From Candidatus Electronema halotolerans (lineage in GTDB: Bacteria > Desulfobacterota > Desulfobulbia > Desulfobulbales > Desulfobulbaceae): a stretch of DNA of 32,000 nt. Both the position numbers and the translations under genes were made by a program. The stretch covers positions 210,001 to 242,000 of the forward strand of contig OW818675.1 in the NCBI GenBank assembly GCA_942493095.1, read 5' to 3'. Under the pieces are notes generated by a model that did no database searches, was not told where the DNA came from, and saw only the letters and a list, made by a program, of their open reading frames with translations. Of this stretch, positions 18,250 through 25,719 are shown piece by piece; positions within the stretch are counted from its first letter, which is position 1, and the number at the start of each line of letters is the position of its first letter.

Positions 18250-19389
18250 ATGGCGCATGTTGCAATAATAGGCAACGAAGCCAGTTCATTGCTCAACTTT
18301 CGCGGTGATCTCATTCGTGCTGTTGTTTCATCTGGCTACAGAATCACAGCCATGTCCGATCCAGCCAGCACCGAGCAAATTCAAAAAATTGAAGCATTAG
18401 GTGCGCAATTTCGTTCATATCCGGTGCAGCGCAATGGGTTGAACCCGCTGCGTGATCTCCAGACTTTTCTTGCTCTGCGCAAATCGTTGAATGAGCTGAA
18501 GCCTGATGTTGTGCTGGCTTACACAATCAAGCCTGTGATTTGGAGCGGGATTGCCGCATATTTGACGAATGTGCCAAAATTTTATGCTTTAATTGAAGGG
18601 CTTGGCTATGCGTTTCAGAATGGGGCGTTGAGCAGAAAATTGACAGGCATATTGGCTGCAATCCTATACCACATTTCCTTACGGAAAGCAGACAAAGTAA
18701 TTTTTCTTAATCAAGACAATAAAAAATTTTTTCTAAAAAATAATATTATTCCATCTAAGAAAGCTGTATTGATAGATGGAATCGGACTTGATCTGAATAG
18801 GTATACGCAACATCCCTTCACTGAAGGTCATCCAGTTTTTCTCTGTATCGCCCGCTTGCTCGGTGAAAAAGGTTTGCGTGAGTACGCGCAAGCAGCTCAA
18901 ATTGTAAAACAGCATTATCCTAAAGCGATATTCCGTCTTCTTGGTGCTCCAGATCCCTCTCCAGACGGTATTCCGCTTACTGAAATACAGGAATGGCAAG
19001 GTAAGGGACTTGTAGAATATTCAGGTGTGACCAACGATGTTCGACCGTATCTTTCTGATAGCCATATTTTTGTTTTACCTTCATTCTATGGAGAAGGACT
19101 GCCAAGAAGCATTCTTGAGGCTATGGCTATTGGAAGGCCGATTTTGACGACTGATAATGTTGGTTGCAAAGAAACAGTCGTTCAAGGTGAAAACGGTTTT
19201 TTGGTGCCAGTCCGGGATGCGGAGGCGTTGGCAGAGCGCATGATCTGGTTCATTGAACATCGTGATCAATGGCAGCGCATGGGGCAGGCAAGCCGCAGGA
19301 TGGCTGAAGAGCGTTTTGATGTGCATACAATCAACGCTCAATTGCTGTCGATTTTGTTCGGTCAGGATTCTAAACAGGCGCAGTCATGA
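18250..19389 (+). CDS. GT4-family glycosyltransferase (WbpU-like position; paralog of 27659-28807)
   Basis: It contains YGEGLPRSILEAMAIGRPILTTDNVGCKETVVQGENGFLVPV. This aligns by eye along most of its length with the product of 27659-28807. Confidence 0.85.
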   Translation: MAHVAIIGNEASSLLNFRGDLIRAVVSSGYRITAMSDPASTEQIQKIEALGAQFRSYPVQRNGLNPLRDLQTFLALRKSLNELKPDVVLAYTIKPVIWSGIAAYLTNVPKFYALIEGLGYAFQNGALSRKLTGILAAILYHISLRKADKVIFLNQDNKKFFLKNNIIPSKKAVLIDGIGLDLNRYTQHPFTEGHPVFLCIARLLGEKGLREYAQAAQIVKQHYPKAIFRLLGAPDPSPDGIPLTEIQEWQGKGLVEYSGVTNDVRPYLSDSHIFVLPSFYGEGLPRSILEAMAIGRPILTTDNVGCKETVVQGENGFLVPVRDAEALAERMIWFIEHRDQWQRMGQASRRMAEERFDVHTINAQLLSILFGQDSKQAQS

Positions 19390-19856
19390 TTTTGGTCACA
19401 GGTGCAACAGGATTTATTGGCAATGCTCTATCCTGTCACTTTACCAGACAAGGCCGTACTGTCACAGCTACTGTCCGCTGTCCTTCTGACACATTGCCGA
19501 TAGCTATCCGGCAACTTCCTGTCGGAAATATACTTCCTGACACCGACTGGACACACGCTTTCACCAATGTAGATACAGTCATTCATTTGGCCGCACGTGC
19601 GCATATCATGCGTGACACCGCTATGGACCAACTTGCAGAATTCCGATTGGTGAACACCGCTGGCACTCTTAATCTTGCCCGCCAAGCTGCTGCTTCAGGA
19701 ATAATGCGTTTTATTTTCATCAGTTCCATAGGTGTAAACGGTAATCAAACGTCAAATATCCCCTTCACTACTGAAGATACACCAAATCCAGTTGAACCAT
19801 ACGCAATTTCCAAACATGAAGCCGAAATTGGCCTGCGGCATCCACCCTTGATTTAA
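19386..19856 (+). pseudogene. Truncated NAD-dependent SDR epimerase/dehydratase (N-terminal half only)
   Basis: Only 156 aa are encoded: MILVTGATGFIGNAL (Rossmann motif) through catalytic YAISKHEAE, then GLRHPPLI and a stop. Related sugar epimerases are about 300-320 aa. Only 87 nt remain before the next gene, so the substrate-binding half is absent in every frame. Confidence 0.7.
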
Positions 19857-19911
19857 ATTTAACTGCATCTACTTGGAATTCTATTCAAGAAATGGATGCA
19901 ACAATGCTTAT

Positions 19912-19924
19912 TTGACATTGTCAA
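19912..19924. promoter_or_regulatory. 13-bp perfect palindrome TTGACA-T-TGTCAA just upstream of the initiating transferase gene
   Basis: Read directly from the sequence. It contains a consensus -35-like TTGACA and lies 20 nt before ATG 19944. I found no convincing -10 element at the correct spacing, so the function is speculative. Confidence 0.2.
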
Positions 19925-19943
19925 TACAATATACAGAAAATAA

Positions 19944-20963
19944 ATGAGTAACTTTGTCCTAATATGGCTATTTAGTTTATCAGTCTCTTTCATTATTACT
20001 ATATTTGGAACATTTTGTTATAGATCCTTTGCAAATCGTAAAGAGATTCTTGCAAATCCGAATTTTCGTACTCTGCATGAACAGCCTGTTCCAAGAGGTG
20101 GGGGGGTCGTGTTCTCACTGGTATTTGTATTTGCTATTTTTTTTCTTCAGTTATTGAATGATACTGATACTGATTTGATATTGAGTCTATGTCTGGGCGG
20201 GGGGATAGCAACGTTGTCTGGATTCATAGATGATGTTATGGAAATTGATGCAATATTGAAACTAATTATACAAATTTTTCTGGCGGGTTGGATTGTATTT
20301 TGTTTTGATGGCGGACCATTGACTTGTATAGGCTGGATACCAGATTGGTTTGCTTGGATGCTGACTTGCTTTCTTTTGATTTGGCTGATTAATCTTTATA
20401 ATTTCATGGATGGTATTGACGGAATGGCAGCCTCTGGAGCTGTGTTTATAGCCGGGGTGATATCTGTCCTATTATTTATCAAGGGTGATGCTGATATGGC
20501 TTTCATGTTACTACTTTTGTCTGTCATTTGCATTGGTTTTCTTGTGTTTAATTGGCCACCGGCAAGCCTTTTTATGGGTGACTCCGGCAGTGTTTTTCTT
20601 GGTTATTGTTTCGGTGTCTTCATTATGAAGACAGTTATGGAGGATAATGTAAGTTTTTGGACATGGCTCGTTGTTTTTGGTTATTTTGTTGGGGATACCA
20701 CTACAACTACGCTCATGCGGATTGTATTTGTAAAAAAATGGTACGGTGCTCATAGAAGCCATGCTTATCAAAATTGCGCACGAATTTTCGGAAGTCACAA
20801 AAAAGTTACCAAAATGGTTGTTGCTTATCAGCTTGTATGGCTTTTTCCTTTGGCAATCTGGTCAATTTGTCAACCAGATTTGGCACCAGTCGCTGTAGTC
20901 TTAGCCCTGACACCAACAGTTCTATGGACGTTACGGAATGGACCGGCACTTTCTTCTTCTTGA
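19944..20963 (+). CDS. Polyprenyl-phosphate HexNAc-1-phosphate transferase (MraY/WecA/WbpL family; initiating transferase)
   Basis: Family motifs are present: PRGGGVVF, NLYNFMDGIDGMAASG and NWPPASLFMGDSGSVFLGY. The protein has multiple transmembrane segments. Confidence 0.9.
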   Translation: MSNFVLIWLFSLSVSFIITIFGTFCYRSFANRKEILANPNFRTLHEQPVPRGGGVVFSLVFVFAIFFLQLLNDTDTDLILSLCLGGGIATLSGFIDDVMEIDAILKLIIQIFLAGWIVFCFDGGPLTCIGWIPDWFAWMLTCFLLIWLINLYNFMDGIDGMAASGAVFIAGVISVLLFIKGDADMAFMLLLLSVICIGFLVFNWPPASLFMGDSGSVFLGYCFGVFIMKTVMEDNVSFWTWLVVFGYFVGDTTTTTLMRIVFVKKWYGAHRSHAYQNCARIFGSHKKVTKMVVAYQLVWLFPLAIWSICQPDLAPVAVVLALTPTVLWTLRNGPALSSS

Positions 20964-20981
20964 ATAAATCGAAAGTAAATT

Positions 20982-22235
20982 ATGTCAATAAATAATAGCG
21001 ATTTGATAATTATTTTTGCTCCTGCTGGAGTGGATACCAAGCTGCTCACATCGGACCTTGCTGGTCGTCCATTAATTGACTATCTGATTGAAAATGTAGC
21101 TGTATTGGGCATTAGAGTCAAATTGATTGTATTAAATAATTATGATGAATTATATGCCTTGCTGGTCAATAGGGATGATATAGATTTGAAAGTCTGGCAG
21201 TCTGGTGTTTCTCTGGATGAACTTCTTGATTATCCATTACGAGAAGGAGTTTTGCTGCTTCTTGATGTTAGAACGTTTATGTTTTCTTCTTTGACAATAG
21301 AGAGGCTGTTGGAAAAAAAACGAGAAAAATTAAATTCTCTGAAGATTATTGAAGGCAAATATGTCGATACTTATACTATAGCACAGGCTATTTCTGGAGA
21401 AAAAGATTGGTCGGATATATTAACCTTTAGATTTGATTCTCAACAATCTAACTTAAATGAATTACTGTGTCTGTTTTTGACGACTCAATCAGATGTTATC
21501 TGCACAAAAGATATAGACGAATTTAAACCTCCTGTTATGATTCGTGATTTTGTCGAATTGGCACAGGTGGAGCGACAAGTCCTTAATCAACGCGCTATTG
21601 ATCTCATGAAGCAGGGAGTTCGTATTCGCAATCCTGAAACCGTAGAAATACGTGGTGAATTACTCTGCGGCAGAGAGGTGGAAATTGATGTCAATGTGAT
21701 TATTAAGGGAAAGGTGAGTCTTGCAGATGGTGTAAAAGTTGGTTCTAATAGCATATTAATTCGATCAGAAATTGGAGAACGGACAGAAATCAAACCCTAC
21801 TCTATAGTGGAAGATGCAGTCGTAGGTGCTGACAGTTTTGTAGGACCCTACGGCAGGGTACGCCCAGGAAGTACTTTGGGGGATCGGGTACAGCTTGGTA
21901 ATTTTGTTGAAATAAAGAGTTCCTATATTGCGTCTGGGTGCCGTATTAATCATCTTAGTTTTATCGGAGATGCAGACTTGGCAGAAAACGTTACTGTCGG
22001 CGCAGGCACGATCACCTGTAACTATGACGGCATCGGAGTCAATCATACTGTTGTTGAAGAAGGTGTTACTATAGGTTCTGGCTGCAACTTGGTGGCACCG
22101 ATAGAGATCGGCTCAAATGCAACAATCGGGGCTGGTTCTACGATAACGTCAGATGTTCCGAAAAATAAGCTCACATTAGCTAGGTCACGACAAATAACTA
22201 AAGAGAAGTGGCAGGGACCAAAGACTAGGAGATGA
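20982..22235 (+). CDS. GlmU-like bifunctional-fold protein: well-conserved left-handed beta-helix acetyltransferase domain, divergent N-terminal nucleotidyltransferase domain
   Basis: The C-terminal half tracks E. coli GlmU closely (recalled from memory): GNFVEIK, INHLSFIGDA, VGAGTITCNYDG and SRQITKEKWQGPK. The N-terminus reads LIIIFAPAGVDTKLLTSDLAGRPL where GlmU has the LAAGKGTRM...PK signature. Confidence 0.8.
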   Translation: MSINNSDLIIIFAPAGVDTKLLTSDLAGRPLIDYLIENVAVLGIRVKLIVLNNYDELYALLVNRDDIDLKVWQSGVSLDELLDYPLREGVLLLLDVRTFMFSSLTIERLLEKKREKLNSLKIIEGKYVDTYTIAQAISGEKDWSDILTFRFDSQQSNLNELLCLFLTTQSDVICTKDIDEFKPPVMIRDFVELAQVERQVLNQRAIDLMKQGVRIRNPETVEIRGELLCGREVEIDVNVIIKGKVSLADGVKVGSNSILIRSEIGERTEIKPYSIVEDAVVGADSFVGPYGRVRPGSTLGDRVQLGNFVEIKSSYIASGCRINHLSFIGDADLAENVTVGAGTITCNYDGIGVNHTVVEEGVTIGSGCNLVAPIEIGSNATIGAGSTITSDVPKNKLTLARSRQITKEKWQGPKTRR

Positions 22236-23209
22236 GATTGACACATATCACTGTATGGGGTCTTGGACCGCATGCCATCAAAAATATTCTGCCCGCATTG
22301 GCATCAATAGACGAATTAACCCTATATGGCGTATGTTCCAGAAATAAGGATACGGTTGTTCACGCTACGGAACAGTGGAATTGCAAGGCTTGGACGAACC
22401 CCGATGAAATGCTCGCAGATCAAAAGGTTGATGTTGTGTATCTTGCTACACCCATCGGACTACATGCTGTACAGGGGATGCAGGTGCTCAATGCGGAAAA
22501 GCATCTATGGTGTGAAAAGCCGTTAACCTGTGACATAGCCGATACCCGTCAGCTTGTACATCTTTCTGAAGAGAAAAAATTGACTCTTACAGAAGGGTTT
22601 ATGTATCTTTATCATCCTCAGTTTACCTATCTACAGCAATGTATAACTGAGCAGCATCTGGGTGCTGTAAAATCCGTCACCTGCCGTTTCGGTCTCCCGT
22701 TTTTGGACAATCCGGGATTTCGTTACAGCCGGTCCCTAGGAGGAGGAGCCTTGTTTGATGTGGGGAGTTATACGATTTCCATGCTGCTTGCTCTATTTCC
22801 CGACCAATCTCCTGTTGTATGTTATGCAGATATATACGGTAATGATGCGTATGAAATTGACCTTGAGGGATCTGCGAAACTTTGCTTTTCTGGCGGCATT
22901 GCCGCTTATCTTGAATGGGGAATAGGCCGAGGATATAGAAATGAAATTGATATTTGGTGTGAGAAAGGATCGTTGTTTACCGATAGAATTTTTTCAAAAC
23001 CAAGTGATTATGTTCCCGAATTCCGAATAAAAAATCTTAATGGAGTAGAATCTGTTGAACAGGGCGTTCCGGCAAATCATTTTATTTATATGTTTAAGCA
23101 TTTCAGCAAGATAATAGTTAGTGACACCCTTGTACGGAATGAAAGACAGCGAATCCTTCAGCTAGCCTGTTATCTCGAAGAGATTAGGCATGCTGCCCAG
23201 AATATATAG
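22232..23209 (+). CDS. Gfo/Idh/MocA-family sugar oxidoreductase
   Basis: It has ITVWGLGPHAIKNILPAL (Rossmann segment) and VDVVYLATPIGLHAVQGMQVLNAEKHLWCEKPL. An ATGA overlap links it to the upstream gene. Confidence 0.8.
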   Translation: MRLTHITVWGLGPHAIKNILPALASIDELTLYGVCSRNKDTVVHATEQWNCKAWTNPDEMLADQKVDVVYLATPIGLHAVQGMQVLNAEKHLWCEKPLTCDIADTRQLVHLSEEKKLTLTEGFMYLYHPQFTYLQQCITEQHLGAVKSVTCRFGLPFLDNPGFRYSRSLGGGALFDVGSYTISMLLALFPDQSPVVCYADIYGNDAYEIDLEGSAKLCFSGGIAAYLEWGIGRGYRNEIDIWCEKGSLFTDRIFSKPSDYVPEFRIKNLNGVESVEQGVPANHFIYMFKHFSKIIVSDTLVRNERQRILQLACYLEEIRHAAQNI

Positions 23210-23251
23210 AAATTTCAACTTCAGCTCAATAACAGAACTCAGGAGGCGGTA

Positions 23252-23695
23252 ATGCAGGACTGGAAGAAAATCACGATTGACGATGCGTCAATGTGGCCCA
23301 AAGCGGGAATGGTTCAACTTCCCACAGCAAATGTTGATGATCGCGGCAGTATACAGGGATTGGTGAATTTTCCTATGAAAAACATTGCACTGATTACTTC
23401 AATGAAGGGTTCTGTACGTTCCAATCATTATCATGTTACTGACTGGCATTATATGTATATCTTATCAGGTTCCTTTGATTATTACTATCGGTCGACAGGC
23501 TCTGATGAAGAAATCAAAGTAATGACCGTCAGACAGGGTGAAATGATCTTTACGCCGCCAATGGAAGATCATGCCACAGTGTTTCTAGAAGATACGCAAC
23601 TGCTTGCGATGAGCAGAAATCCGCGTGATCAGGAAAGTTACGAGGAAGATGTGCGCCGTGTAATGCTGATTACCCCGGAGGATGTTACCGTATGA
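23252..23695 (+). CDS. Cupin-fold WxcM/FdtA-like NDP-4-keto-6-deoxyhexose isomerase/epimerase-like protein
   Basis: The 147-aa ORF contains DDRGSIQGLV and VRSNHYHV. The R-x-x-H-x-H pattern matches the RGFHAH motif of FdtA-type 3,4-ketoisomerases as I recall it. AGGAGG lies upstream of the start. Confidence 0.6.
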   Translation: MQDWKKITIDDASMWPKAGMVQLPTANVDDRGSIQGLVNFPMKNIALITSMKGSVRSNHYHVTDWHYMYILSGSFDYYYRSTGSDEEIKVMTVRQGEMIFTPPMEDHATVFLEDTQLLAMSRNPRDQESYEEDVRRVMLITPEDVTV

Positions 23696-24945
23696 ACATG
23701 AAGAATTATTATTTGCGTACCACATGTCGTATGTGTGCCGAATCCGCCTTGAGAAAGGTGATGGAACTGACACCTACGCCGCCTGGGAATAATTTTTTGA
23801 CAAAAGAGGAGATCGGGCAGGAGGAACCTGTTTATCCTTTGGAACTGTATTTCTGTGAGCATTGCCATCATGTTCAGCTCGGACATGTGGTTGATCCAAA
23901 AGTGCTTTATCAGAAGAACTACTCCTATGTTTCTTCTACATCAGCTTATTTTGTCCGACATCTTCGGAACTATGCCGACGAAATGGTGAAACATTTCGAC
24001 TTGGAGCCGGGGATGCTTGTTGCGGATATCGGCTCTAATGACGGAACATGTCTGCAATTTTTCCAGAAAGCAGGCATGAAGGTTGTAGGGGTTGACCCAG
24101 CACTTGAAATTGCCGGGAGAGCTACAGAATCAGGTATAGAAACAGTAGGTGATTTTTTTTCCTGTGAACTTGCCAGAAGGTTAAGAGATAAATATGGGCC
24201 TGCGGGCTTTATTACCTCACATAATGCATGCGCCCATATTGACTGCTTGGACGATGTAGTGCAGGGGGTATTTCACTGGCTGGATAAGAATGGTGTATTT
24301 GTTCTTGAGGTCGGTTATCTGCTTGATGTGTATACGAACGTTTGGTTTGATACTGTTTACCATGAACATCTTGATTATCATTCTGTTGCGCCTTTTAAGC
24401 AGCTATTTGCCAGAAATGGGATGGAGCTTATTGCCGCACAACGGATCAGCCCTCAAGGCGGATCCATCAGGATTATGGCTCAGAAATCGGGAGGAAAGTA
24501 TTCCCGAGATGAATCAATCGACAAACTGATACAACAGGAACATGAGGCCGGATTGGATCGTCCTGAGACCTTTATAGAGTTTGACCGACGTATTAGAGCT
24601 GTCAGGGAACAGTTGCTGGCCTTAGTAAACGCATTAAGATTTGAGGATAAATCAATTGCAGGCTATGGAGCACCAACGAAGGCCACCACCCTGATGTCCC
24701 ATTTTAAACTCGGGTCGGAAGTGTTGGATTTCATTGTTGATGATAATCCTTTGAAGCAGGGGTTCTATACTCCGGTCACTCATATTCCTGTATTCTCCGC
24801 TGATGAAATATATACGCGAAGACCGGATTATGTATTAATTCTGGCTTGGAATTTTGCTGAACCGATCATGAAAATACATGAACGTTATGTGAAGGAAGGA
24901 GGTCGATTTATTCTGCCGATGCCTGTTCCCCGCATTGTCGAGTAG
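23692..24945 (+). CDS. NDP-hexose C-methyltransferase family protein (TylC3/EryBIII/NovU type; Zn-ribbon + SAM MTase + C-terminal C-MT domain)
   Basis: An N-terminal four-Cys site is present (TCRMC...FCEHCHH). VADIGSNDGT is SAM motif I. The 417-aa length and C-terminal block IAGYGAPTKATTLM...ILAWNF are typical of this family. An ATGA overlap links it to the cupin gene. Confidence 0.8.
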   Translation: MNMKNYYLRTTCRMCAESALRKVMELTPTPPGNNFLTKEEIGQEEPVYPLELYFCEHCHHVQLGHVVDPKVLYQKNYSYVSSTSAYFVRHLRNYADEMVKHFDLEPGMLVADIGSNDGTCLQFFQKAGMKVVGVDPALEIAGRATESGIETVGDFFSCELARRLRDKYGPAGFITSHNACAHIDCLDDVVQGVFHWLDKNGVFVLEVGYLLDVYTNVWFDTVYHEHLDYHSVAPFKQLFARNGMELIAAQRISPQGGSIRIMAQKSGGKYSRDESIDKLIQQEHEAGLDRPETFIEFDRRIRAVREQLLALVNALRFEDKSIAGYGAPTKATTLMSHFKLGSEVLDFIVDDNPLKQGFYTPVTHIPVFSADEIYTRRPDYVLILAWNFAEPIMKIHERYVKEGGRFILPMPVPRIVE

Positions 24946-24986
24946 CTCTACAGAAGAACGCATATGTTCCTTTACGGAGAAAAGTT

Positions 24987-25655
24987 ATGAATAAACGAGT
25001 ACTGGTCGTGGCACCGCATCCTGATGATGAAACATTGGGTGTCGGCGGCACTATTGCTAAATACGTAGCTCAAGGATCCCAGGTCACGATATTGACCGTA
25101 TCAGGACATCTCCCGCCCCTCTACCATTCTGACGATTACGAGAGAACTGAACTGGAGGCAAAAAGAGCCTTTGAAATCCTCGGAGTAGAGAACTTCAGTT
25201 TCCTAAAAATTCCCGCAACAATGATAGGCGATCAGCCTATTCATGAGATAAACGGCAAAATAACAGCTGCTGTTCAGGAAGCAGATCCGCATATCGTCCT
25301 CTGTCCTTATCCTGATCGTCATATAGATCATCGTTTGGTATTCGAAAGTGTTATGGTTGCGACAAGGCCAGTTGGTTACGGGAAAAAGATTGAACTGATT
25401 GCTGCGTATGAGACATTGTCGGAGACGCATTGGAATGCTCCGCACATTGAGCCTAATTTTACACCGAACTTGGTGGTCGATATCACAGAGTATATGAGAA
25501 TGAAACTGAAGGCATTGGAATGTTACGTTTCACAGATTTCGCCTTTTCCAGGGACAAGATCTATAGAGGCCATAGAAGCATTGGCAAAATTTCGAGGAAC
25601 ACAGGCAGGATTTGCGTTTGGAGAAGGTTTTCACGTGATTCGTATGATTGGTTGA
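24987..25655 (+). CDS. PIG-L/LmbE-family N-acetyl-sugar deacetylase
   Basis: VLVVAPHPDDETLGVGGTIAKY and PDRHIDHRLV (HxDH) are the zinc-site motifs of this family. Confidence 0.9.
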   Translation: MNKRVLVVAPHPDDETLGVGGTIAKYVAQGSQVTILTVSGHLPPLYHSDDYERTELEAKRAFEILGVENFSFLKIPATMIGDQPIHEINGKITAAVQEADPHIVLCPYPDRHIDHRLVFESVMVATRPVGYGKKIELIAAYETLSETHWNAPHIEPNFTPNLVVDITEYMRMKLKALECYVSQISPFPGTRSIEAIEALAKFRGTQAGFAFGEGFHVIRMIG

Positions 25656-25719
25656 ATTGACTCGTGAAGTCAGGTTGCATTTACAACTTGACTCCAATCG
25701 CAACTTCAACAAACATCCC

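Noticed and set aside
20100-20202. Two G6 runs in the initiating-transferase gene as possible phase-variation tracts
   Set aside because: Both arise from consecutive Gly codons (RGGGV and LGGGI) in conserved-looking segments. At 6 nt they are shorter than tracts known to slip at useful rates.
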